A program made the translations under genes and the position numbers. This document shows, piece by piece, positions 16,125 to 25,270 of a stretch of DNA of 32,000 nucleotides. How positions within the stretch are numbered: position 1 is the first letter of the stretch; each line of letters begins with the position of its first letter. The notes beneath the pieces are model-generated. The model ran no database searches, was not told where the DNA came from, and was given only the letters and a program-made list of their open reading frames with translations. The DNA is from Candidatus Saccharimonadota bacterium (GTDB taxonomy: Bacteria > Patescibacteriota > Gracilibacteria > UBA4473), in NCBI GenBank assembly GCA_965228485.1, contig OZ245819.1:240001-272000 (forward strand). Direction: 5' to 3'.

Positions 16125-17558
16125 TTATGACTTTGTCGCCTTAAACAATTGATGACTAATATTGAGTAGTCGGTCTTCCGTAAATGCTGGACTCAATAGT
16201 TGAACTCCAATTGGCAAATTATCTTTCGAAGTGGCGAAAGGAGCTGAAATCCCTGCAATGCCAGCCAAACTCGCTGGAATTGTTAGAGCATCTTCTAAAT
16301 ACATTTTGATAGGATCATCGCTATTTTGACCAATCTCAAAAGCTGGAGTAGGGGATACTGGAGCTAAAATAACATCTACGTCATCAAAAGCTTGTTTAAA
16401 ATCTTCAATCACCAATGTTCTTACTTTTTGAGCTTTTCGGTAATAATCATCATAATACCCAGCACTTAATGCATAAGTTCCTAGCATTATTCGACGTTTA
16501 AGCTCATCACCAAAACCCTGTTCCCGTGTTTCGGTATAAATTTTCTCTAAATTTTCTTCACTTACGCCGCTCCCAAATCTAATACCATCAAAACGGGCCA
16601 TGTTGGCAGAAATTTCGGACGGAGCCACAATATAGTATGTAGCCACTCCATATTGGGTATTTGGCAATGATATATCTACAATTTTAGCCCCCTGAGAGGT
16701 AAATATAGCTTTAGCAGAGTCGATAGCAGCTACCAATTCTGAATCAATCCCATCTACAAAGTACTCTTTTGGAATACCAATCTTTACACCACTTAAGCTA
16801 GCGTCTAAGTTTTTTGTATAACTTGGTACTTCTTTTTTTGGTGTGGTACTATCTTTTTTATCATTTCCAGCAATAATCTGCAAAATCATAGCACAGTCTT
16901 CAGGAGTTTTTGCCAATGGACCTACGGTATCTAGGCTTGAGGCCATGGGAATAGTTCCCCAACGAGAGACTCTCCCATAAGAGACTTTTAAGCCTGTACA
17001 GCCACAAAAATGTGCTGGTTGACGAATAGATCCTCCTGTATCGGTCCCAATACTAGCTGTACAAAAATTGGCTGCTACAGCCGCTGCAGACCCCCCTGAA
17101 GAACCTCCCGAAACACGATTCAAATCGTGGGGATTTTTTGTTACCCCAAAAGCAGAAGTTTCTGTTGAGGCTCCCATGGTAAATTCGTCTGTATTAACTT
17201 TTCCGAGTAAAACCACTCCAGCCTCTTTAAGCTTTTGCCAAACCGTCGCGTTATATGGTGGAACAAAATCTTTTAGTACATTTGAACTAGCCGTCGTACG
17301 AACCCCTTCTGTACAAACCACGTCTTTTAATGTGATAGGCATCCCATCGATCGGAGAGAGGAGTTCTCCAGCCTTATAACGACTATCTGCGGCATCGGCC
17401 ATCTCCCTTGCTAGATCAAACGTTGTCGTAACAAAAGCATTTATATCGTTATCTTTCGCTTCAATTTCACTAATAAAGGCTTCCGTGATTTCACGAGAAG
17501 TAGCTTCACCGTTTTTGAACATTTGACTCAATTCTGCGAGGGTTTTGGTAATCAGCAT
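16125..17558 (-). CDS. gatA: Glutamyl/aspartyl-tRNA(Gln/Asn) amidotransferase subunit A
   Basis: Amidase signature GGSSGGSAAAVAA...GTDTGGSIRQPA plus overall GatA collinearity. The gene follows gatC with a 2-nt gap. Confidence 0.92.
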   Translation of the reverse strand: MLITKTLAELSQMFKNGEATSREITEAFISEIEAKDNDINAFVTTTFDLAREMADAADSRYKAGELLSPIDGMPITLKDVVCTEGVRTTASSNVLKDFVPPYNATVWQKLKEAGVVLLGKVNTDEFTMGASTETSAFGVTKNPHDLNRVSGGSSGGSAAAVAANFCTASIGTDTGGSIRQPAHFCGCTGLKVSYGRVSRWGTIPMASSLDTVGPLAKTPEDCAMILQIIAGNDKKDSTTPKKEVPSYTKNLDASLSGVKIGIPKEYFVDGIDSELVAAIDSAKAIFTSQGAKIVDISLPNTQYGVATYYIVAPSEISANMARFDGIRFGSGVSEENLEKIYTETREQGFGDELKRRIMLGTYALSAGYYDDYYRKAQKVRTLVIEDFKQAFDDVDVILAPVSPTPAFEIGQNSDDPIKMYLEDALTIPASLAGIAGISAPFATSKDNLPIGVQLLSPAFTEDRLLNISHQLFKATKS

Positions 17559-17560
17559 TA

Positions 17561-17845
17561 TTACATTATTTTAGGAATTCTAACACAATGGTCTTCTATA
17601 GAATGAGGGGTACACTCAAGCAGGTCATCCTCATTCCCATCTACTTCTACTAAATCCTCTCTGACTACTTTTTCCAGCCCTGTTACCTGAGAGGTTTCAG
17701 CCACTCCATCTGTAGGAGCTGATTCCAGTACTGCAAAAAAGTCTAAAATCTTAGATAACTCCCCTTGAAACTTAGTCACTTCTGCTTCACTGAGCTTAAT
17801 TTTGGCTAATTTAGCGATGTGTAGAACGTCTTCTTGCGTTAACAT
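17561..17845 (-). CDS. gatC: Glutamyl/aspartyl-tRNA amidotransferase subunit C
   Basis: 94 aa. V.HIAKLAKIKLSE.E...F...L..IL.F...L and the position immediately upstream of gatA support the call. Confidence 0.85.
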   Translation of the reverse strand: MLTQEDVLHIAKLAKIKLSEAEVTKFQGELSKILDFFAVLESAPTDGVAETSQVTGLEKVVREDLVEVDGNEDDLLECTPHSIEDHCVRIPKIM

Positions 17846-17920
17846 GTAAATTTTTTATTTTTCGCGCCGTATTATAGAAGAAAAAATACAGGAATCCAGC
17901 TTAACTTGAGATAAATTTAG

Positions 17921-17929
17921 TGGTACAAT
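17921..17929 (+). promoter_or_regulatory. Extended -10 element (TGgTACAAT) abutting the start codon of the 755-aa ORF
   Basis: TGgTACAAT at 17921-17929. ATGs at 17933 and 17936 lie 3 and 6 nt downstream, implying a leaderless or near-leaderless mRNA. Confidence 0.4.
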
Positions 17930-17932
17930 GAT

Positions 17933-20200
17933 ATGATGCAATTGCGCGATGAAAGTGAATATTTAGAGATAGTGCCAGAGCGTTTTTTGGAAACCTGCAG
18001 AGTATTAGTTATAAAACCCTCAAAAGAAGGAAAAACTCAAATACTTACCTGTTCAAATCAGAGCAACTTGGGGAATCGGAAAGGAAAAGATGAAGATAAA
18101 AAAGGAAAGACAGAGCTCCCTGGGGGAAAGGTTTTTGATAATGATGAAGAACAAAGACTATTCTTAGAAAAAAACCCAGACCAACAAGAGGTGGATCGAG
18201 TCTTTACCGCCGCAAATGAACTAGAACAAGAAACTGGGCTCTATATCAACCCAAATAGATTTAAACGAATTAACTCTGTAGATCGAAAGATGATAGGGAG
18301 GTTTGAAAAAATTCCAGGAGTTGATCATATAAGGACTAACTTCTATCTTGTAGTATTAAACCCCGAGGAATATGAAAAGCCCCCCCAAAACTGGACCGCT
18401 CAAGAACATAGTGACGATAGGCATGAGAGGACTGCTTGGGAAGAGCTTGATTTACAAGACTTCTCTTCAGGAGGATCTTTAGACTGGTTTATTGCAAAAA
18501 ATAGTCTCTTAGAAGAAGATACTGTCGAACAGGCTGAAGCTGCCATCGCAGAACAGTTATCGGACACACGTGCAAAAGTTACACAAGTGGCTACTACTCA
18601 TAATTCCATTATCAGAGGGGCAGAAGTAACCACCTCTGATACTTATTCAAAAACAAGAGAGAAAGGAACTCAAAAGGCATCAGCCATTGACTTCAATAGA
18701 GATCAGCCACTTGATTATGAAGAATTTTGCGAAGCTTACCGCGTTCATTTTGGAACCGCTCTTGATGTTCAGGAAGTGAATAGAAATATAAAACATATTC
18801 TACAAAATTACTGCATTCCACAAGTAAGTCGCCGAGTAGCGTTTATGCAAGAGTATTCAGAAGCAAGAGGCCAAAACCCTATAGAAAATTCAAAAAGAGT
18901 TAAAAGGCATTTACAAACAATTGTTGAGAGACTCCAAACCCCCAAAGGCTTTTATCGTTTTTATACCCGAGCCAATAAATCAAAACTTGGACGTCGCCTT
19001 ATGAAATCTTTTTTTGGGTTTGGTAAGATATCCCAACTTCCATACTTTGATTATATTAATGCTTACTCTTCCCAATTTAATGGAGCCTTATCGGCTGAAA
19101 CAGAAAAAGACAATCAAACAGGACGAACTATGATTCGTGGTTTTACTCATGGAGAAAAGTGTTTCCTTGAGTTAGATTCTAATACAAAAACTACAGAGCG
19201 AATGGCCAGTAAATCTACCACAAAAGTAGAAATTGATCCTTATGATATTAAAGATATTTATCGAGCGAGAATTGTGGTCGATAGTGAGAAAAACATTGAT
19301 GAAGTCATAACTTTTCTTTGTACTAAATTTGGGAAAAAAGATAGCCAAAAATCAAATTCTTGGAAACTCGAAGTCAAACAAACCGAACGCACAAATGTAA
19401 ATGCTGATACTTCTCGAAAAGAGGTTAAAGTTTTGGGGTCATTCCCATTACCAGGCAACCCAAAGATCAGAATTCCAATCGAGATACAGATTATGACCCA
19501 AGAAAACTTTGATCAAAATGAAGCTGGGGCCAATCATCATGATGTTTATGTAGCTATTCAAACACTTGTCGAAGACTCTAGACCGACTGAAGCGATAGAT
19601 AAGGGAAGTTATGAAAGCATTATCAAAGAACTGGTAAATACGCCGAATGTTTATCGATCTTATCCTGATTACACAGAAAGAAAAAAAAGAAAATTTCAAT
19701 CACGTTTGGAACAAGAAATCAGAGAGCGAATGAGAAATTATTTTTTTGAAAGAAAGGATGGTTATTACGCCTACCAACATGTTGTAAGACTCCGAAATAT
19801 CTCTGATGTAGTAAAAAGAGAAGATGAAGCATTTCGATACATGACCGAAAAACTCAATATTGACTGCGGAACGAAACTTCATGCCCAAGACTGGAAAATG
19901 CTATTTGATAATCCAGAACAGCTAAGCCCTCAAATCACTTTTGAACGAATCGGCATGAATATTTTCAAATGGGCTGAGCGAATTTCAGAAATTAAATGGG
20001 ACGTAGATTTTGATCCAGAAATAATTATTAAATCTTTTGTTCTGCACTTGAATACTCGTTTTGTTATGGCTGATAGAGCTTTTTGGAACAAAGTTATTCA
20101 GGGCACAAAATTAAACACTAAATCGGAAAAAGGTCAATATAGGAACCTTCTTAAAGACTCTGATTTCAAAAAGATTCATGGATATAGAGGCAGATCTTAG
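17933..20200 (+). CDS. Multidomain protein: atypical Nudix-like N-terminal domain, degenerate RelA/SpoT (RSH)-like nucleotidyltransferase core, unknown C-terminal ~200 aa
   Basis: Nudix-like region (aa ~20-185): CRVLVIKP, ELPGGKV and AANELEQETGL (18215-18241; cf. REUxEExGU). RSH-like region (aa ~400-545): DIKDIYRARIVVD (19253-; cf. DxxGxRii), IPIEIQIMT (19481-19498; cf. EIQIRT) and HHDVY (19535-; cf. HxxYK). Confidence 0.45.
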   Translation: MMQLRDESEYLEIVPERFLETCRVLVIKPSKEGKTQILTCSNQSNLGNRKGKDEDKKGKTELPGGKVFDNDEEQRLFLEKNPDQQEVDRVFTAANELEQETGLYINPNRFKRINSVDRKMIGRFEKIPGVDHIRTNFYLVVLNPEEYEKPPQNWTAQEHSDDRHERTAWEELDLQDFSSGGSLDWFIAKNSLLEEDTVEQAEAAIAEQLSDTRAKVTQVATTHNSIIRGAEVTTSDTYSKTREKGTQKASAIDFNRDQPLDYEEFCEAYRVHFGTALDVQEVNRNIKHILQNYCIPQVSRRVAFMQEYSEARGQNPIENSKRVKRHLQTIVERLQTPKGFYRFYTRANKSKLGRRLMKSFFGFGKISQLPYFDYINAYSSQFNGALSAETEKDNQTGRTMIRGFTHGEKCFLELDSNTKTTERMASKSTTKVEIDPYDIKDIYRARIVVDSEKNIDEVITFLCTKFGKKDSQKSNSWKLEVKQTERTNVNADTSRKEVKVLGSFPLPGNPKIRIPIEIQIMTQENFDQNEAGANHHDVYVAIQTLVEDSRPTEAIDKGSYESIIKELVNTPNVYRSYPDYTERKKRKFQSRLEQEIRERMRNYFFERKDGYYAYQHVVRLRNISDVVKREDEAFRYMTEKLNIDCGTKLHAQDWKMLFDNPEQLSPQITFERIGMNIFKWAERISEIKWDVDFDPEIIIKSFVLHLNTRFVMADRAFWNKVIQGTKLNTKSEKGQYRNLLKDSDFKKIHGYRGRS

Positions 20201-20213
20201 TTAGAATTACTTC

Positions 20214-20606
20214 GTGAAAACACTTATTGCTGGAACCTTCGACAACTTTCATATTGGTCATCAATGGCTTCTTTGGCATGGAGTTGCGCAAAGTTCACAT
20301 CTTACGATTATTGTGGCCCGAGATATTACCGTTGAGAAAATCAAGAAAAACACACCAAAAAACACCGAACATGAAAGATTAAAACGGATACAAGAAGAAA
20401 TAAAATACATTTCTCACGTTAAAGTAAAACTTGGACGAGATGATGGTAATTTTGAGAAAACTATCACGGAAATTTCTCCTCATAAAATTATCTTGGGGTA
20501 TGATCAAGAACTTCCTGAAAAATTTATTCAGAAACACAAGGACTCAATAATTATTGAACGCCACACAGCCTTTCATCCACAGTTTTTTAAAAGTTCAAAG
20601 TTTTAA
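20214..20606 (+). CDS. Cytidylyltransferase-family (HxGH) nucleotidyltransferase, TagD/RibL/PPAT-like
   Basis: GTG start. The N-terminal AGTFDNFHIGH is the (T/H)xGH nucleotidyltransferase signature, and the ~130-aa size is typical of minimal members. It starts 13 nt after the preceding ORF, and its 3' end overlaps convergent mutL by 4 nt. Confidence 0.6.
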   Translation: MKTLIAGTFDNFHIGHQWLLWHGVAQSSHLTIIVARDITVEKIKKNTPKNTEHERLKRIQEEIKYISHVKVKLGRDDGNFEKTITEISPHKIILGYDQELPEKFIQKHKDSIIIERHTAFHPQFFKSSKF

Positions 20607-22378
20607 CGGTGAAATTTTTTATCTAAATCAGAAAAAGGTATAAACCAGTGATTTGGTCTTCCATGGGGACAAAGCAATTTCCAATCAGTTCGATCAAAAT
20701 CCAAGATCAACTTTTCCATTTCAGCACGATCAAGTTTATCTCCAAACATAACAGCGCCTCTACAAGATTTATATTCAAGAAGTTTTCGCATGAGTTGATC
20801 CAAAACATTTTGTCCAACCTGATCTTCTTCAAAAAATTTAATCATTTTTTCAAACACTTGCTCCAAGGGCTCCTCTGAGAGTAGTAATGGCATTGCTAAT
20901 ACTTCAATTGTCGTGTCGGTTGGAAATAACAATTTGACTCCTAAGTTTTCTAGCACTTTTTTGGATTCAGCTAGTAATATTATTTCTTCTTCTGAAAAAG
21001 TGAGTGTTTGTGGAATGAGTAGGTCTTGAGAATGAATATCTTGTGCCTTGTACTCCTTCCAAAACTGCTCAAATCGCTGTCTTTCATGTAGAGCATGCTG
21101 ATCAAAAAAGTAAACACCATTAGTACCTTGAGCAAGAATGTATTTGTTGTCTACTTGTCCGATAACCAACAACTCTGAATTAGTATCAACTGCTTCAACG
21201 AGAGATTCGTTGAGATCGTCAACCGGAATATCTATGTTCGTATTTCTTTCTAAATTTCTATCCGAGAAACTGAGATTTGATTTGAGTAGCGAAAATGCTG
21301 ATTGATTATTACTTCTAGGAGGGAGGGATGTTTGTGACAAAAAACTTGGTGCAAATGATCCAAGCTCTCTTGAGACACCCTCAATAGAAGAAATTACTTC
21401 CAAAGATTTAATAACCGCTTGCTTGATCCCCATAAACACTTCTCCTGGTTCAGCGAACTTTACCTCAAGTTTTCGAGGATGAACATTTACATCAACCAGT
21501 ATTGGGTCTATATCTATTTTTAATACAAAAACTGGATGCAAGTGCTTCTCTATTCCAGCACTCTGCACATACCCTTCTCTTACGGCAAAGGCGAGGCGAT
21601 GATCTTCAATACGACGATTATTCACTAATAAATATTGGTTGTTTTTATTAGCAACACCTGCCCCTGGCACACAAATAAATCCCGACACCTTAAAACCTCG
21701 AAATTCTTGTGCTACGGGTATTAAATCTGAATGAAATTTTTTTAAAACTCGTTTTACTCTCGACTCAAAATCTACATCAGCTGGATAATCTAAAGTCAGT
21801 TTTTCATCTTTATAGACTTTAAATCCCACATCAAAATGACTTAAAGCAAAACCATAAATTTCTTTTAGAATATTTTTATATTCTGTAGCTTCATTTTTTA
21901 AATACTGCAGCCTCGCTGGAGTGGGGTAAAACAAATCTTTAATCGCTACCGTTGTTCCCGTATTATGACTGGCTATTTCTAGTGCTTCAGCTTCACCAGC
22001 TTTTATTTTTATTTGATAGGCTTTATCAAATGAACGCTGCTTAGAGATCATTGTAAAATCTGAAACCGAAGACATTGCCGCCAGGGCTTCTCCTCGAAAA
22101 CCAAAACTCTGAATAGTAAACAGATCATCAACAGAATTTATTTTTGAGGTTGCATGACGAAGAGGGGCTTTTTCTAAATCTTCTTTACTTAAGCCTTGCC
22201 CATTATCCACCACCTTTATCAATCTCTTTCCTCCATTTTCTATGAATATTTCCATTTCTGTTGCTCCAGCATCAATTGAATTTTCAACCAATTCTTTTAC
22301 CACAGAAGCTGGTCGCTCAACCACTTCTCCTGCCGCAATTTGATTGCTGATTTCAGAGCTTAGTATCTTGATAACCAT
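20603..22378 (-). CDS. mutL: DNA mismatch repair protein MutL (endonuclease-type)
   Basis: N-terminal GHKL ATPase (IAAGEVVERPASVVKELVENSIDAGAT...V.DNG.G). The C-terminal endonuclease motifs are DQHALHERQRFE (DQHAx2Ex4E), SCRGAVMFGD and CPHGRP. Confidence 0.9.
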   Translation of the reverse strand: MVIKILSSEISNQIAAGEVVERPASVVKELVENSIDAGATEMEIFIENGGKRLIKVVDNGQGLSKEDLEKAPLRHATSKINSVDDLFTIQSFGFRGEALAAMSSVSDFTMISKQRSFDKAYQIKIKAGEAEALEIASHNTGTTVAIKDLFYPTPARLQYLKNEATEYKNILKEIYGFALSHFDVGFKVYKDEKLTLDYPADVDFESRVKRVLKKFHSDLIPVAQEFRGFKVSGFICVPGAGVANKNNQYLLVNNRRIEDHRLAFAVREGYVQSAGIEKHLHPVFVLKIDIDPILVDVNVHPRKLEVKFAEPGEVFMGIKQAVIKSLEVISSIEGVSRELGSFAPSFLSQTSLPPRSNNQSAFSLLKSNLSFSDRNLERNTNIDIPVDDLNESLVEAVDTNSELLVIGQVDNKYILAQGTNGVYFFDQHALHERQRFEQFWKEYKAQDIHSQDLLIPQTLTFSEEEIILLAESKKVLENLGVKLLFPTDTTIEVLAMPLLLSEEPLEQVFEKMIKFFEEDQVGQNVLDQLMRKLLEYKSCRGAVMFGDKLDRAEMEKLILDFDRTDWKLLCPHGRPNHWFIPFSDLDKKFHR

Positions 22379-22467
22379 GTATGGTGAGCATAAGAATCTT
22401 TTATATTTTCGCTAGTAAAGCTTCACAAAATTTGTTTTTTACCTATTTATCCTTGAGAATCTAAATC

Positions 22468-23862
22468 ATGATAAAAAAAGAAAGCATTATCGAATCTACT
22501 GTTACGGATCTTGCCTTTGGAGGAAGGGGAATTGTTAAAATAGATGGTTTTCCAATTTTTGTAGACGGAGCTCTTCCTGGACAAGAAATTAAGCTTAAGA
22601 TAACTACAAAAAAGAGAAGATACGCTGAAGCCAAGTTATTGAAGGTATTAAAAAAGTCAGATTTAGAAATTGAAATTCCTTACCAAAATACCCCAGGGGC
22701 TCCCTGGGCAAATCTCCCAATAGAGCTTCAGAAAAAGCATAAGCAAGCACAAGTTGAAGGTCTTTTTTCTAAATTTGCCCATACAGATCTTAAACCAATA
22801 TTCGATACCTATATTGAATCTCCATTGATCTGGGAATACCGAAACAAGATGGATTATTCATTTGGTCCGACCGAAGAAACCCAAAATGAAGAAGGGGAGT
22901 GGCAACATACAGGTTTTGGTCTGGGCTCTAAAAAAAGAGGACAATTTTGGCTTGTTGAAAATTTAGAAAAAGCCTCTGGGATGTTTGATCAAGAATTTGA
23001 AGCAAAATTAAAAGATTTTAGAATATTTTGTGAAACCCTAAATTCCTCTGTTTATAACGCGAGAAAGGGGAGTGGCTTTTGGCGACAACTCGTCGTTAAA
23101 AAAAGCTTTCATGAAAATAAATTTCTTATCAACATCATTACCAATATTGATGAAGAAAATACCTTCAACTCAGAAAGTGCTATTAATTTCTTCATTCAAA
23201 ATTTCCCCGACAAAATAAAGGGCATCTATTGGACTCAAAGTGATGATCTGGGAAATGCTAATGATAAATATAAAAGTAGAGATTTACTATGGGGAGAAGA
23301 GGTTTTAGTAGAGAAAATTAATGACTTAGTATTTCAGTTAAGTATTGATTCTTTTTTCCAAACCAATCCACGCTCTGCTGAAGAATTGTATAAAAAAGCT
23401 CTCAGTTATATCGACAATAAATCTGCAATTTTAGAGCTTTTTGCCGGCACTGGAACCATTAGTCAGATAATCGCTCAAAATAATCCCGAATCCAATATTA
23501 CGAGTGTTGAGATTATTGAATCAGCGGTTCTAGACGCGAAAAAAAATGCTCAACGAAATAACATTAATCATATCAATTTTATTTGTGATGATGTAAATAA
23601 ATTCATGAAAACCTACTCTGGTAATCCACCAACCGTTGTACTAGATCCTCCAAGAGCTGGAATATCTCCAAAGGCGTTACAACGTATTGCTGATTTTTCC
23701 CCTCAAGAAATTATTTATATTTCCTGTAATCCAGCCACGCTTGCAAGAGACGCAGAAATATTGCAAAAAAATAATTTTGTGTTAGAAAAAATATCGCTCG
23801 TAGATCAATTTCCACACACAAGTCATGTTGAGTGCGTCACCAAGTTCAGACTCCAGAATTAA
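22468..23862 (+). CDS. RlmD/RumA/TrmA-family RNA (uracil-C5)-methyltransferase with a TRAM domain and no Fe-S cluster cysteines
   Basis: TRAM-like N-terminus (VTDLAFGGRGIVKIDGFPIFVDGALPGQEI), FFQTN, a SAM-binding region (ELFAGTGT), DPPRAG and the catalytic ISCNPATLARD. The positions of the RumA [4Fe-4S] cysteines are occupied by non-Cys residues (YQNTPGAPWANL). Confidence 0.8.
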   Translation: MIKKESIIESTVTDLAFGGRGIVKIDGFPIFVDGALPGQEIKLKITTKKRRYAEAKLLKVLKKSDLEIEIPYQNTPGAPWANLPIELQKKHKQAQVEGLFSKFAHTDLKPIFDTYIESPLIWEYRNKMDYSFGPTEETQNEEGEWQHTGFGLGSKKRGQFWLVENLEKASGMFDQEFEAKLKDFRIFCETLNSSVYNARKGSGFWRQLVVKKSFHENKFLINIITNIDEENTFNSESAINFFIQNFPDKIKGIYWTQSDDLGNANDKYKSRDLLWGEEVLVEKINDLVFQLSIDSFFQTNPRSAEELYKKALSYIDNKSAILELFAGTGTISQIIAQNNPESNITSVEIIESAVLDAKKNAQRNNINHINFICDDVNKFMKTYSGNPPTVVLDPPRAGISPKALQRIADFSPQEIIYISCNPATLARDAEILQKNNFVLEKISLVDQFPHTSHVECVTKFRLQN

Positions 23863-24322
23863 TTTTCAAAATATTGAAGAGGGGAGTTTAGAAAGCTATA
23901 AAATTGGAGATCTCGTCACTAGAGCAAATTTTACTTCTTTTTTTATTGTAGCAGCAGGTATTGGTCGAGGTATATCTACGCCTCAGAAGTTTTTTTTAGA
24001 ATGGGTTATAGCCCAGGGACATGTTTCTAGAGAAGTCCTACAGGATCTTGATCTCAATAGCCTTAATGAGTCAGAACAGGAAATGATTTTAAATAGTTTT
24101 AGAGGAGTAAAAAAACATGCAGAATTTTGCATTCCAGAAACATTAGAAGTCATTGAAGAAGAGTTTAAACGGATTCTTAACGAGGTAGAGTTTTCTGGTT
24201 TTAATAACTTTTGTGAAGCAGAGTTATTTCATCGAACTGGCTGGGATACTGCACGAAGAATGAAAAAATTAGTTGGAGATCTTATTAAAGAGGCTCGATC
24301 TAAACCACGTATTCTACGTTAA
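23825..24322 (+). CDS. Hypothetical protein
   Basis: 165-aa ORF. The only canonical start (ATG 23825) overlaps the methyltransferase gene by 38 nt, and the 3' end overlaps the convergent antiporter gene by 9 nt. No motif recognised. Confidence 0.4.
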   Translation: MLSASPSSDSRINFQNIEEGSLESYKIGDLVTRANFTSFFIVAAGIGRGISTPQKFFLEWVIAQGHVSREVLQDLDLNSLNESEQEMILNSFRGVKKHAEFCIPETLEVIEEEFKRILNEVEFSGFNNFCEAELFHRTGWDTARRMKKLVGDLIKEARSKPRILR

Positions 24323-25270
24323 AAAGATAAAGAATGCCCCAAGGTAAAAAGCCACTAGAATGGCCGCATTCGCTCGATTCATTTTACCATGCACGTAAAA
24401 AATCGTCATGGCAGATAAGCTGGCCACAAACCAAATTGGAATCGCTGTAAATAATAAGAAATCTGAAACTTTATATCCATGAGCCAAAACTGCCCCAATC
24501 CCAAGAGAAAATAGCGGATCGGTTATATTTGACCCTAAAAGATTTCCCAGAGATATCCCCTGTGATCGACGAATAAGCGCCATCATTGAAATTGATAACT
24601 CCGGAATGGAAGTTCCTATTCCAGAAAACAATCCTATGACGCCCTGATCAACTCCTGCTTGTTCTCCGGCATTAATCCCAATACTGAGGAGAATTTCGGC
24701 AGAAAACCAAACTAAAGCGCCTCCAAACAAAAAAGCGAGAACATTCAAGGGTAGGCTGGAAATACTTTTTCGAACGTGCCATTCTTTTCGATTCGCCACT
24801 AACAAGTAGTAGGTATAGAAAACATAAGCAAAAATGAGTAGTAATGCTTCTCCTGTCGCTACCGTTCCATCCATTCCAATCAAAAACAGAGCGATAATTG
24901 CCCCCAAAACCATTAGTGCATCTCTTTTGAATTCTTTTTTATCCCTTTTCATCACTCCTCCCACAAGAACACAAAGCCCCAAAATAAAAGAGATTTGCAC
25001 AAAACAACTTCCGACAATATTTCCCACCCCAATATCATCTACTCCACGAAGACCGGCAGAAATATTCACAAAGATTTCTGGTAAACTTGAACCAATAGAC
25101 ACAATGGTTAAACCGATAATAAGCTCTGATATACCAAACTTTCGGGCAATTCTCTTTACGCCCCAAATCACGTTTTCTGAGCCATACCACAAACCAACAA
25201 TAGCTATGACTGCGGCTAATGCCTGCATAAACCAAGGCAAAGAAAGAAGGTAATTAAAAAAAGGTTCCAT
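24314..25270 (-). CDS. Ca2+/cation antiporter (CaCA family, YrbG-like)
   Basis: ~10 TM helices with the two alpha-repeat signatures GSSLPEIFV and GTSIPELSIS. Confidence 0.85.
   Translation of the reverse strand: MEPFFNYLLSLPWFMQALAAVIAIVGLWYGSENVIWGVKRIARKFGISELIIGLTIVSIGSSLPEIFVNISAGLRGVDDIGVGNIVGSCFVQISFILGLCVLVGGVMKRDKKEFKRDALMVLGAIIALFLIGMDGTVATGEALLLIFAYVFYTYYLLVANRKEWHVRKSISSLPLNVLAFLFGGALVWFSAEILLSIGINAGEQAGVDQGVIGLFSGIGTSIPELSISMMALIRRSQGISLGNLLGSNITDPLFSLGIGAVLAHGYKVSDFLLFTAIPIWFVASLSAMTIFYVHGKMNRANAAILVAFYLGAFFIFLT

Noticed and set aside
19681-19688. A8 homopolymer inside the 755-aa ORF as a possible frameshift or phase-variation site
   Set aside because: The reading frame is continuous across it and encodes a sensible KKRK stretch. 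Short A-runs are expected at this base composition, and nothing indicates slippage.
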